From assembly GCA_965117025.1 (NCBI GenBank), contig OZ220746.1, positions 135,225 through 199,224 on the forward strand: a DNA stretch of 64,000 nt, in the 5' to 3' direction. Under the pieces are notes generated by a model. The model had not been told where the DNA came from, searched no databases, and saw only the letters and a program-made list of their open reading frames with translations. Source of the DNA: Rhodothermales bacterium (lineage in GTDB: Bacteria > Bacteroidota > Rhodothermia > Rhodothermales > VXPQ01). Below are positions 1 through 9,156 of the stretch, one piece after another. How positions within the stretch are numbered: position 1 is the first letter of the stretch; the number at the start of each line of letters is the position of its first letter. Both the position numbers and the translations under genes were made by a program.

Positions 1-2057
1 GCGCGAAGGTGCGCGAGGAAGCCGAGGAAACGGCCCGGGAAGCAGAACTTCAGGCCTTGCACCGGCGGGCGGTGTTCGCGGGGATTCCCACCGCGGTGAT
101 CCTCGCTTTGCAAATGTTTCCGATGCTGTGGCCCCCGGCCGCGTTGTGGCTCCACCTGCTGATCGGGGAATCGCTTCTTCTGTATATCCTGTTCGCGCTG
201 GCCAGTATCGTGCAATTCGGGCCGGGTCTCTGGTTTTACCGGCTGGGCTGGAAAGCGGTGCGGACGCGGCATCCGGACATGCATACGCTCGTCATGCTTG
301 GCTCCAGCGCTGCCTACGGGTATTCGCTGGCGGCCATGTTTCTTTCCGGCATGATGCCCTCCGGTGCTGACCATGTCTACTTCGAGGCATCCTCGGCGAT
401 TATCGCGCTGATTCTGCTGGGCAAATATCTCGAAGTGCGCGTCAGGGGGCGCGCCGGCGCAGCGATGCGGTTGCTTCTTGGTTTACAACCGGCGCTTGCT
501 CGTGTGGTGCGTTCAGATGGCGAGACGGATATTCCTATCGAGGAAGTCGTGGCCGGCGATATCATCCTCGTGCGCCCGGGAGAGCGATTGCCTGTAGACG
601 GGGTCGTGGAGGAAGGGGAATCCTGGGTAGACGAGTCCATGCTTACCGGGGAGCCGGTACCGGTCGAAAAAAAGGCGGGAGACGAGGTGGTGGGCGGCAC
701 GATCAACGGACGCGGCGGTTTTCGTTTCCGGGCTACGCGGGTAGGGGAGGATACGGTGCTGGCCCGTATTGTTCGCATGGTCGAGGAAGCCCAGCAATCG
801 AAACCGCACATCCAGCGCCTGGCGGATCGTGTCGTGGCATGGTTCGTGCCCGCGGTACTCGTTGTGGCGTTTCTGACCTTTGCTTTGTGGATCGCCATCG
901 GCCCGGCGCCGGCGTTGCCCTTTGCGCTTGTAGCCGCCGTATCCGTGCTGATTATCGCCTGCCCCTGCGCCATGGGCCTGGCTACTCCCGTATCCGTGAT
1001 GGTCGGTTCCGGCAAGGCCGCCGAATTAGGGATTCTGTTCCGGGGGGCTGACGCGATGGAATTGCTGGCCGGGGTGGATACGGTTGCTTTCGACAAAACC
1101 GGCACGCTCACGGAGGGGCGTCCGCGCCTGACGGACATGATACCTTGCGACCCATGGTCTGACGAGGAGGTGTTGCGCCTTGCCGCTGCCGTGGAAAGGC
1201 GCTCGGAACATCCTGTGGGCTATGCCATCGTGGAGGCTGCGGAGGGGCGGGGGCTATCCGTTCCTGAAGCGACCCGGGTTCAGGCGCATTCCGGACTGGG
1301 CATCTCGGCCACGGTGGAGAAAAAAGCGGTATATCTTGGCTCCGAGCGCTTTCTGGCCGCGGAAAATGTCGATATGTCGCCGCTTTCTGGAGATATATTC
1401 CGATCGGATGCGGTGCGTATGCTTTCGGAAGAAGGGATAACCCTCATCTTTATGGCTGCGGATGGCGTGCTTGCGGCGATTTTCGGGGTTGCGGATCCTC
1501 TGAAGAAACATGCGGGAGAAAGCGTCCGGGCGCTGCGGGAGCTGGGATGCCGGGTGGTGATGATTACAGGCGATGCGCCTCGCGCCGCCGAGGTTGTTGC
1601 CGACCGACTGGGGATCGATGAGGTGTCCGCAGGCATTCTCCCGGACAAGAAAGCCGACGCGGTACAACACTACCGGCAGGAAGGCCGCCGTGTGGCGTTC
1701 ACCGGGGATGGCATCAACGATGCCCCGGCGCTGGCCCGGGCCGATGTGGGCGTGGCGATGGGAACGGGTTCGGATATTGCGATCGAATCCGGGGATGTGA
1801 TTCTCATGTCGGGCGATCCGAGGGGGCTGGTTAACGCCCGTGCGCTTGCGCATAGCACGCTGCGAAATATCAAACAAAATCTTTTCTGGGCATTCGCTTA
1901 CAATGTGGCGCTTATTCCGGTAGCCGCCGGGGCGTTGTATCCGCTCACCGGCCATCTTTTGTCCCCGGTGTTCGCTGCGGCCGCAATGAGCCTGTCCAGT
2001 GTGTTCGTACTATCGAATGCCTTGCGCCTGAAGCGTTTCCAGGCGATTCTGGGGTGA
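1..2057 (+). CDS. copA: Cu+/heavy-metal translocating P1B-type ATPase (5' end outside window)
   Basis: The ORF is open to the window edge. It carries the CPC motif ([13 protein letters not shown]), the DKTGTLT phosphorylation site and the GDGINDAP hinge. YN and MSLSS motifs in the last TM helices are typical of Cu+ pumps. Confidence 0.9.
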   Translation, partial: AKVREEAEETAREAELQALHRRAVFAGIPTAVILALQMFPMLWPPAALWLHLLIGESLLLYILFALASIVQFGPGLWFYRLGWKAVRTRHPDMHTLVMLGSSAAYGYSLAAMFLSGMMPSGADHVYFEASSAIIALILLGKYLEVRVRGRAGAAMRLLLGLQPALARVVRSDGETDIPIEEVVAGDIILVRPGERLPVDGVVEEGESWVDESMLTGEPVPVEKKAGDEVVGGTINGRGGFRFRATRVGEDTVLARIVRMVEEAQQSKPHIQRLADRVVAWFVPAVLVVAFLTFALWIAIGPAPALPFALVAAVSVLIIACPCAMGLATPVSVMVGSGKAAELGILFRGADAMELLAGVDTVAFDKTGTLTEGRPRLTDMIPCDPWSDEEVLRLAAAVERRSEHPVGYAIVEAAEGRGLSVPEATRVQAHSGLGISATVEKKAVYLGSERFLAAENVDMSPLSGDIFRSDAVRMLSEEGITLIFMAADGVLAAIFGVADPLKKHAGESVRALRELGCRVVMITGDAPRAAEVVADRLGIDEVSAGILPDKKADAVQHYRQEGRRVAFTGDGINDAPALARADVGVAMGTGSDIAIESGDVILMSGDPRGLVNARALAHSTLRNIKQNLFWAFAYNVALIPVAAGALYPLTGHLLSPVFAAAAMSLSSVFVLSNALRLKRFQAILG

Positions 2058-2102
2058 GGAGGATACGTTCTATCCGGAAAGCGGGACAATAGGACCGGGA
2101 CC

Positions 2103-4286
2103 ATGAGATCAGGAAGAGAGCAAACGAATCCGGTGCGCCAGGCTATCATCGCGGTGGTCATGACGGTTGCCGCGCTATGCGGGGGAAACCGGGCGCACGC
2201 CCAACAGGAAACCCCTCCTTCCCCGAGCGCTACCCCGTCTACTGCTGAGCGTCCTGTGCCTTTCTTCGGTCTGTCCCCGCGATCGGTCATACCGACATCC
2301 TCCAGTCCTGCCGACACCGTGCATTTCTGCCTGCCGGTCGATCTCGAAGAGCAGGAGCGCGATCAATCCATTTCCGCCGCCAGGCAGCAGGGGAATTTGA
2401 ATGTGGGCGAACCCCGCACGGTGCGGATGATCTACTTTTCCCCGAATGACCGGCCTTTCCGGGCGGATATAGTAAAGAAGATGAAGGATGAGATTCGCAA
2501 TGCCCAGGTCTTTTACGCCGAGCAGATGCGAGCGCACGGATACGGAGACAGAGCATTCCGCTTTGAAACGGATGCCCAGGGCGAGCCGCTGGTTCACTGT
2601 GTGGCCGGGCAACATCCCGATAGGCACTATCTTCGTAATACGGATAGCAGGGTAATCGGTGAGATCAAAGAGATATTTGATCTTAATGCAAATGTTTACG
2701 TCATCGTCGTGGACAATAGTATAAATGCTCTCGCGAAGGCCAATTGGTTTGGGGAGAAAAGCGGGGTGCGGACGGAGCGGGGCAGTGGAATGCGGACGAG
2801 AAAAAACAGTGGCTATGGGCTGATCGTCCATGGATTTAATCTCGATTTGCTGGCCCATGAGCTTGGGCATGCTTTTGGGCTGTGGCATGATTTTCGCGAT
2901 GAGGCGTACATCATGTCGTATGGCGCAGAGCGTGATAGTTTATCTGCATGCAATGCCGGTTTTTTGGCGGTGCATCCTCACTTCAATACAGACATTCCCA
3001 TGGACGAGGAGCCGTTGCCGAGCATCAAACTCGTTTCTTCGCCCGCCTATCCGGCAGGGGCAAAGGGCGTTTCCGTTCAAGCCGAACTCAGCGATTCGGG
3101 AGGTCTTCATCAGGCGATCCTGTTGGTCAGAACCATAAAACCACACTTTGCTTCCGGATTACTTGAAGTAAAGGCATGCCATACCTTGGAGGGCACACAA
3201 AATGGTGTAGTCGAATTCGATTATGACGGCGCCATTCCTTCTGCCCGCGGTACAAATCTTTCCCGGTCATCCAGGCATTTGATAGTAGCAGACGTTGTCG
3301 ATACGGATGGAAATATGGCGAGGGCATCTGTGGTTCTTTTGGAAATATCGCCGAATCATATTGCCCGTCTTAACGGGCATACGAGTATTGTTCGCAGTGT
3401 CTCTTTTTCACCGGATGGGGCGATTCTTGCTTCCGCCTCATCGGATAAAACGATCCGGCTCTGGGACGTGATGAAACGGGAACAGATAGCTATCCTCGAG
3501 GACACGAATCGGGTACATTCTGTGTCGTTTTCGCCCGATGGGATCCTGCTTGCTTCCGCTTCCAGGAATGTCAATGTATGGGATGTGGCAAAACCGGCGC
3601 GTATCCCGGTTAGTCCTCTCGAACATGCCTTGCCTGTATCCGTGTCGTTTTCGCCTGATAATGCGCTCCTTGCCTCCGGGTCGTTGAGTGATCACACGGT
3701 CAAGTTGTGGAGCGTAGCACAACAAGCACACATCGCCACCCTTGCAGGGCATGAGAACCAGATTCATTCCGTGTCTTTTTCTCGTGACGGGGCGATTCTT
3801 GCTTCCGCATCCCGGGATAAGGCGATCAGGCTCTGGGACGTAGCGACAGAGAAAAATATTGCCATCCTGCGGGGACACACGAGAGGGGTCAGTTCTTTGT
3901 CGTTTTCGCCCGATGAAAGCACCCTTGCTTCAGGATCGTGGGATAAAACGATCCGGCTTTGGGATATTGTGACGGAAAGCCATATCGCTACGCTTAAAGG
4001 GCATGCATCCCTGGTGCATAGCGTGTCGTTTTCGCCTGATGGGACCATACTTGCTTCCGGGTCGGAGGATGGAACAGTCAGGCTGTGGGATGTGGAGACA
4101 CAAGAAAACATCGCCACCCTTACAGGCCATACGGCCAATGTCTCAGCGGTGGCTTTTTCACCCGATGGAACTACGTTAGCCTCCGGATCCTGGGATGACA
4201 CGGTCCATTTGTGGGATGTGTCTGAGTGGGCCTCGGTGGCGCCGGGGCCTGCGAGCACCGGGGGAGAGGAACTGCCCGTACAATGA
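2103..4286 (+). CDS. Secreted zinc-metalloprotease-like domain (HExxHxxGxxH) fused to a 7-repeat WD40 propeller
   Basis: ATG at 2103. The N-terminus looks like a signal peptide (AIIAVVMTVAALCGGNRAHA). HELGHAFGLWHD is a metzincin-type zinc motif, followed by YIMSYG. Seven ~42-aa units (GHxxxVxSVSFSPDGxxLASxSxDKTIRLWDV) run from ~3370 to ~4215. Confidence 0.85.
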   Translation: MRSGREQTNPVRQAIIAVVMTVAALCGGNRAHAQQETPPSPSATPSTAERPVPFFGLSPRSVIPTSSSPADTVHFCLPVDLEEQERDQSISAARQQGNLNVGEPRTVRMIYFSPNDRPFRADIVKKMKDEIRNAQVFYAEQMRAHGYGDRAFRFETDAQGEPLVHCVAGQHPDRHYLRNTDSRVIGEIKEIFDLNANVYVIVVDNSINALAKANWFGEKSGVRTERGSGMRTRKNSGYGLIVHGFNLDLLAHELGHAFGLWHDFRDEAYIMSYGAERDSLSACNAGFLAVHPHFNTDIPMDEEPLPSIKLVSSPAYPAGAKGVSVQAELSDSGGLHQAILLVRTIKPHFASGLLEVKACHTLEGTQNGVVEFDYDGAIPSARGTNLSRSSRHLIVADVVDTDGNMARASVVLLEISPNHIARLNGHTSIVRSVSFSPDGAILASASSDKTIRLWDVMKREQIAILEDTNRVHSVSFSPDGILLASASRNVNVWDVAKPARIPVSPLEHALPVSVSFSPDNALLASGSLSDHTVKLWSVAQQAHIATLAGHENQIHSVSFSRDGAILASASRDKAIRLWDVATEKNIAILRGHTRGVSSLSFSPDESTLASGSWDKTIRLWDIVTESHIATLKGHASLVHSVSFSPDGTILASGSEDGTVRLWDVETQENIATLTGHTANVSAVAFSPDGTTLASGSWDDTVHLWDVSEWASVAPGPASTGGEELPVQ

Positions 4287-4353
4287 TGCTTGTCCAGTGA
4301 ATTGGGGAAGGGGGAGGCCATCCGCTTCCTTGCCAGAAGCATGAAGTATCTGA

Positions 4354-4497
4354 CATGACCGATCTGTTGATGGGGTTCTTTGCCCCCTCGGCCTGCGGGA
4401 AACCTCGAAGAAGTGGAAGCGGCCCATACGCGACTGGAAGGCAGCGCTCAACCAGTTCGTCATACTTTACGGGGATAGAGTCCCCATTGAACAATAA
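4354..4497 (+). pseudogene. C-terminal remnant of an IS256/Mutator-family transposase
   Basis: The frame starting after the TGA at 4351 reads ...GLRETSKKWKRPIRDWKAALNQFVILYGDRVPIEQ*. This matches the conserved C-terminal signature of IS256-family transposases (SKKW..PI.DWK.ALNQF.I.F.DR.P). No upstream transposase body is present. A possible terminal repeat follows (cttacacagtttagcggacac, ~4503-4523). Confidence 0.6.
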
Positions 4498-4581
4498 CCC
4501 CGCTTACACAGTTTAGCGGACACGCCCACATTTGCTTCCGCTTCTCCCTACGCAAACGACTTTGGGGTCATTGCTTCTTCG

Positions 4582-5829
4582 TCATGGCCCCAACGCGCCG
4601 ATGGGAATAACGCCCACGCCGTCCGGGCGCATATAGCCGTAGCCGGAGGGAATGATGACGGCAAGCATGGAGGGCGCCCCGCACAGGTCCTGATCCACGC
4701 GCTGCGCCAGTTTGAGAAGGTTGCGCGCGCCTTCCTCTATGCGCTCGAAGCCGAGCTTGATTTCTAAAGCCGCCCAGCGCCCATCCATTCCCTGAACGAT
4801 GGCGTCCGCCTCCAGGCCGTTTTTATCCCGATAATGATATACTTCGGCGTCGGCCGCTTGGGCATAAACGCGCAGGTCCCGGATGACCATGGATTCGAAG
4901 AGAAAACCAAGCGTTTTCACGTCTTGCAAAAGCCGGTCAGGATTCGCCCGGAGCGCTGCGGCGGCAAGCGACGGGTCTGCAAAATGACGGACGGGCGTAT
5001 TTCTTACTATTGCCCGGGATCGAAGATGAGGCGCCCAAGGCAACTGATTTTCCACGACCATGAGTCGTTCGAGCGCTTCAAGATATTCTGAGGCCGTATC
5101 CGCTTTCATGGCTGCATCGCTCCCCCGTGCATCCCTGACCAGTGTGGAGATCGTTACGGGTGTCGCTATGTTTCGGGCCAGAGATTGCAGCAATCGACCC
5201 ACCTTGATTGGGTCTCTGTCTTTTCCGCTCGCGCGAGATATGTCTATGCGGCGGACTTCATTCAGGTAATCCCGATTCGCTCGCAAAATCTGCTTTGTCG
5301 TTCGATGCAGATTGCCTGGCCAACCCCCTTTGCAAATCAGTTCGGCGAGCGCCGCAATCCGTATTTCCGCCTGCGGAGTTCTTGGAGCTATGCCTTCAAG
5401 AAGCTTCGCCATAGAAATGTCGCCGGAAGAATGTCCGGTTTCGAAGAGAGAAAGGGGGCGCATGCGCAAGCGAGTCAAGCGCCCGGCGCCCGTGTGGCGC
5501 GTAACATCGTCGGCGGGAACCGCAGACCCCGTGAGGATAAACTGGCCCGAGGCGCGCCGGTCATCTATTGCTCTCCGAACATGATTCCATATGGACGGTT
5601 CGAGTTGCCATTCGTCGATCAGTCGCGGCGTGGCGCCGGCGAGGATTTGCGAGGGTGCTATTCCTGCAAGAACGCGCGCATCTTCGTTTACGTCCAACAA
5701 TACTTCGCTGGCGGCAATCTGCCGGGCGGTTTCCGTTTTTCCGCAAGCCCGTGGTCCCTCTATGACGACGGCGCCGGTGGCGGCAAGCCTTTCGACTAAC
5801 TCTCGATCAACGATTCTCTTGATATACAT
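4582..5829 (-). CDS. AAA+ ATPase with C-terminal DUF4143-type domain (COG1373-like)
   Basis: 415-aa ORF with ATG at 5829. Walker A is GPRACGKT. The overall pattern (IDEWQ, ILTGS, LRMRPLSLFE) is typical of the AAA_14/DUF4143 ATP-binding protein family. Confidence 0.8.
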   Translation of the reverse strand: MYIKRIVDRELVERLAATGAVVIEGPRACGKTETARQIAASEVLLDVNEDARVLAGIAPSQILAGATPRLIDEWQLEPSIWNHVRRAIDDRRASGQFILTGSAVPADDVTRHTGAGRLTRLRMRPLSLFETGHSSGDISMAKLLEGIAPRTPQAEIRIAALAELICKGGWPGNLHRTTKQILRANRDYLNEVRRIDISRASGKDRDPIKVGRLLQSLARNIATPVTISTLVRDARGSDAAMKADTASEYLEALERLMVVENQLPWAPHLRSRAIVRNTPVRHFADPSLAAAALRANPDRLLQDVKTLGFLFESMVIRDLRVYAQAADAEVYHYRDKNGLEADAIVQGMDGRWAALEIKLGFERIEEGARNLLKLAQRVDQDLCGAPSMLAVIIPSGYGYMRPDGVGVIPIGALGP

Positions 5830-5900
5830 GGGGTTATCGTGCGTAAAGCGAAAAACCAGTGAAGGTTATTCATTATAGCGAAGAGGGAGAACATCCACTG

Positions 5901-5992
5901 TTCAACGGGTGAAATGGCGAAGTTTCAACAGGTAAAATGGCGAATTATCAACGGGTGAAATGTCGATATTCTAACGGGTAAAATGACGAACT
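5901..5992. repeat. Four tandem 23-bp direct repeats (ttcAACGGGTGAAATGGCGAagt type)
   Basis: The units are 5901-5923, 5924-5946, 5947-5969 and 5970-5992. They sit head to tail with no spacers, in the divergent gap between the ATPase (-) and the HNH gene (+). Confidence 0.9.
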
Positions 5993-6179
5993 GATATACG
6001 ATGTTCCAATGGGGATTATCAATTGGATCACTACAATGAGTTTTTTCGGTATTTTTTGGCGTTGCCAGATACCTTGTGCCTGAAACATTTCCGGGCGATT
6101 TTTGGATGAGGATGATGACAAAACCGTTTTGATCGTTGAGCGAGTGCGTCTTGCCCGTACACCCTGATTTACTTTCACG

Positions 6180-6875
6180 ATGCCCCAAACCCCGGGAGAC
6201 CAATCTTCGCTGCGCGAGCACTTTGCCTGGACGTACGGCAGGCTCGCAATGGCCCATGCCGCTGTCGAGGACGGGGCGACCCGATACCAGCGCAGGCACT
6301 ACATTATCCGGGCACGGTTCCAGAGCGGCTATCTGTCCGGCAAAATGAAGATGCGTCCCCTGCATGACGACGAAAGGACCAAGATTGCTCATCCTTCAAC
6401 CTGCTGTTATTGCGGCCACAAGACGAAACTCTCGCTGGATCACCTGATCCCGAAACTCAAGGGCGGGCCTGACGGGGCTGACAACATCGTTTACGCCTGC
6501 AAAAGCTGCAATTCTTCCAAGGGGGCAAAGGACATGGTCCTGTGGCTCGTGTCGAAGGGGAGATTTCCTGCGATTCTGGTTTTTCGCCGGTATCTTAAAC
6601 TGGCGGCCCGCTGGTGTGAAGACGCCAACCTGATGGATACGTCGTGGGCGGATGTTTCTGAAGCCGCGTTGCCATTCGACAAGCAGTCTCTCCGGGTCGA
6701 GTGGCCGGAGTTCGCCATGCACAGACTGTGGCCCGATCCGCTTATTGAGCGTGTATCGGCGCCGCGCGCCGGATGGGCAGAGGCGGCGCAGAAGGTGCGG
6801 GAAGGGGGAGAAGATGGTCTCCTTGACGATCCGGTACCTACCAAATTCGACGAATCCGAATGGAGATGGGAATGA
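6180..6875 (+). CDS. HNH endonuclease whose C-terminal ~45 codons are a MazE-antitoxin tail (chimeric ORF)
   Basis: ATG at 6180. The HNH core is CCYCGHKTKLSLDHLIPKLKGGPDGADNIVYACKSCNSSKG. The C-terminus ERVSAPRAGWAEAAQKVREGGEDGLLDDPVPTKFDESEWRWE matches the end of the mazE ORF at 9363-9644 in 38 of 42 residues. Confidence 0.8.
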   Translation: MPQTPGDQSSLREHFAWTYGRLAMAHAAVEDGATRYQRRHYIIRARFQSGYLSGKMKMRPLHDDERTKIAHPSTCCYCGHKTKLSLDHLIPKLKGGPDGADNIVYACKSCNSSKGAKDMVLWLVSKGRFPAILVFRRYLKLAARWCEDANLMDTSWADVSEAALPFDKQSLRVEWPEFAMHRLWPDPLIERVSAPRAGWAEAAQKVREGGEDGLLDDPVPTKFDESEWRWE

Positions 6876-6878
6876 GCG
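6741..6878 (+). pseudogene. Remnant of mazE 3' end plus first codons of mazF (paralog of 9511-9650)
   Basis: The DNA aligns by eye with 9511-9650, including the ...GAATGGGAATGAGCG stop/start overlap. Similarity stops ~10 bp before the alkD-like start codon. Confidence 0.8.
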
Positions 6879-6888
6879 ATTTTACACT

Positions 6889-7593
6889 ATGACCCTTGCA
6901 GAAATACAGGCCCGGCTCGAGGCGGCGGGCAATGCCGACATTGCAGCTCATTCGGCGCGCTTTTTTCGCACCGGCCCGGGCGAATACGGGGAGGGAGACC
7001 GGTTCCGGGGCATTCGCGTACCGGTTCTTCGCAAACTGGCCCGCGCCTGCGATGCGGCGGATATGTCCGTGGTGGAGCAATTGCTCATGTCGCCATGGCA
7101 TGAAGACCGGCTATGCGCGCTCCTGATGCTTGTCCGGCGGTACGAACGGGGGGACGATGCACAAAAGGAAGCGGTATTTGCCCTGTATCTGAAGCGGGTC
7201 GAGTACGTCAACAACTGGGACCTGGTCGATTCTTCCGCCCACAAAATCGTGGGCGCGCATCTGGAGTCAGGGGAGAAGCGCCTGCTTTTCGACTGGGTCC
7301 GCGACGAGAGCTTGTGGAAGCGCCGCATTGCGGTCATCGCCACCTATTGGTACATCAAACGGGACCGCTTCGACGAAATTCTGGCGATGGCCGAACAGCT
7401 TCTTGACGACGATCAGGACCTGATGCACAAGGCCGTCGGGTGGATGCTGCGCGAGGTGGGGAAGAAGGACCTTGCGGTGGAGGAGGCCTTTTTGCGCCGA
7501 CACTACCGGAATATGCCCCGGACCATGCTGCGCTACGCCATCGAACGATTCGACGAGAAAACGCGCAAGGATTACCTGGAGGGGCGGATCTGA
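6889..7593 (+). CDS. DNA alkylation repair protein (AlkC/AlkD-like HEAT-repeat family)
   Basis: ATG at 6889 (MTLAEIQARLEAAGN...). The pattern FFRTGPGEYGEGDRFRGIRVPVLRKLA ... NNWDLVDSSA ... WWKRRIAV is typical of PF08713-type proteins. The upstream part of track ORF 6652.. is antisense or overlap noise. Confidence 0.8.
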   Translation: MTLAEIQARLEAAGNADIAAHSARFFRTGPGEYGEGDRFRGIRVPVLRKLARACDAADMSVVEQLLMSPWHEDRLCALLMLVRRYERGDDAQKEAVFALYLKRVEYVNNWDLVDSSAHKIVGAHLESGEKRLLFDWVRDESLWKRRIAVIATYWYIKRDRFDEILAMAEQLLDDDQDLMHKAVGWMLREVGKKDLAVEEAFLRRHYRNMPRTMLRYAIERFDEKTRKDYLEGRI

Positions 7594-7600
7594 AGGTAAG

Positions 7601-9127
7601 ATGGAAAAAACGGCAAGACGTGCCGCAATGCTACCTGCTCAACCGAGCGTACGAAGTGGATCTGGAGGTGGAAGTAGCACCCACCCTGGCCCTTTTCTTT
7701 GGCCTCTTTTTGTCCTTATGCTCCTCACCGCATGGGCTTCGGGATGCAGGGGGGCCGAACGCTTGGAGACGTTCATGCCTCCACCCAACATCGTCTTCAT
7801 CTATGTAGACGATCTCGGTTGGCGCGATGTGGGTTTCAACGGGAGCACCTGGTACGAAACTCCGAATATCGACCGGCTCGCTGCCGGGGGTATGATTTTC
7901 ACCGATGCCTATGCCAATGGGCCGAACTGTGCGCCGAGCCGCGCCTCGCTTATGTCGGGGCAGTACAGCCCCCGGCACGGCGTTTACACGGTGAATTCCC
8001 CTGAAAGAGGCCAGTCCCAAAATCGCAAACTCATCCCGACGCCCAACACGACAGTGCTCGACAGTACGGTCTTTACCTTAGCCGAAGCCCTGCAGGCCGC
8101 CGGGTATACAAGCATCAGTCTTGGAAAATGGCATCTGGGCCAAGGGTCGGCGACGGGGCCCGTGGGGCAAGGCTTTACCTACAACGTCGGCGGGAATCAG
8201 CGAGGGCATCCTCCCACCTATTTCAGCCCGTATCGCAACGAGGATATTGCCGATGGCCCCGAGGGTGAATACCTGACGGATCGACTCACTGAGGAGGCCG
8301 TTCGATTTATAGAGCAGCACAAAGCGGGGCCGTTCTTTGTTTATCTCCCTTACTATGCCGTGCATACTCCCATTCAGGGCAAACCTGCCCTGGTGGAAAA
8401 GTATACCGCCAAATCGAACGAGGGCCCACAGAACAACCCGGCGTATGCAGCCATGGTGGAAACCGTGGACCAGGGGGTAGGGCGTATCCTGGCAACGCTG
8501 GACGACCTAGCGATCAGCGAGCAGACTCTGGTCGTGTTTTATGCCGATAATGGCGGGGTTCATGGGATCACGTCTATGGCGCCGCTACGCGACGGCAAAG
8601 GAACCTTGTATGAGGGAGGCATCCGCGTGCCGCTTGCCATGCGTTGGCCGTCGGTTATCGCGCCCGGCACCCAAAGCCGCGTGCCCGTCATCGGCATCGA
8701 TTTCTTTCCGACGTTTCTGGAGATCACGGGGCAGCCCGGGCCGCCTTCCCAAATACTGGATGGAGAAAGCCTGATGCCGTTGCTGAAGCAGACCGGAACG
8801 CTAACGCGCGACGCCCTCTTTTGGCATTTTCCGGCCTATCTGGAAGCGAATCCCCGATGGTATCCAAACGGTCGTACGTGGCGAACCACGCCGGCAGGCG
8901 CCATTCGCCAGGGTCCCTGGAAACTCATTGAATACTTCGAGGATGGCCGTCTGGAACTGTATGACCTGGGGAGCGACCTGGGAGAAACCACGGATGTCGC
9001 CGCGCAAAACCCGCAAACGGTTGAAGCCCTTCATCGCCGGCTCCAATTATGGCGCGAATCGGTGCACGCCCCGGTTCCGACCACATTGAATCCTGACTAT
9101 GTCACTCCTGGAAACCCGACGCTATGA
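7601..9127 (+). CDS. Sulfatase (arylsulfatase A family), exported/lipoprotein-like
   Basis: ATG at 7601. Signal/lipobox-like LLTAWASGC. Sulfatase signature NIVFIYVDDLGWRDVG ... CAPSRASLMSGQ (the C-x-P-x-R formylglycine motif). Confidence 0.9.
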   Translation: MEKTARRAAMLPAQPSVRSGSGGGSSTHPGPFLWPLFVLMLLTAWASGCRGAERLETFMPPPNIVFIYVDDLGWRDVGFNGSTWYETPNIDRLAAGGMIFTDAYANGPNCAPSRASLMSGQYSPRHGVYTVNSPERGQSQNRKLIPTPNTTVLDSTVFTLAEALQAAGYTSISLGKWHLGQGSATGPVGQGFTYNVGGNQRGHPPTYFSPYRNEDIADGPEGEYLTDRLTEEAVRFIEQHKAGPFFVYLPYYAVHTPIQGKPALVEKYTAKSNEGPQNNPAYAAMVETVDQGVGRILATLDDLAISEQTLVVFYADNGGVHGITSMAPLRDGKGTLYEGGIRVPLAMRWPSVIAPGTQSRVPVIGIDFFPTFLEITGQPGPPSQILDGESLMPLLKQTGTLTRDALFWHFPAYLEANPRWYPNGRTWRTTPAGAIRQGPWKLIEYFEDGRLELYDLGSDLGETTDVAAQNPQTVEALHRRLQLWRESVHAPVPTTLNPDYVTPGNPTL

Positions 9128-9156
9128 GCCTATGAAAGCTGTCCACCGTTCCCCTT

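Noticed and set aside
377-2317. Numerous 60-250-aa ORFs on both strands inside copA, with similar clutter inside every long gene.
   Set aside because: They overlap a gene with unambiguous catalytic motifs and have biased Arg/Pro/Ser/Gly composition typical of off-frame translation of GC-rich coding DNA.
2103-4286. The protease-WD40 protein as an Avs/STAND-type antiphage sensor.
   Set aside because: No NTPase (Walker A/B, NACHT/NB-ARC) domain lies between the effector-like and repeat domains. The protein also has an export signal, which does not fit a cytoplasmic sensor.
5901-5992. Possible mini-CRISPR array, considered because of regularly spaced short repeats.
   Set aside because: The 23-bp units are directly adjacent with no spacers. 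The units are imperfect. No cas genes or leader are present. They are better described as tandem direct repeats or iterons.
4582-6875. The ATPase plus HNH nuclease as a Septu-like (PtuAB) defence pair.
   Set aside because: The genes are divergent rather than co-directional. The ATPase is the AAA_14/DUF4143 type, not the ABC/AAA_15-21 type I associate with PtuA. The HNH gene appears to be a secondary insertion into a mazE locus. A defence role is not excluded, but it is not supported by the sequence.
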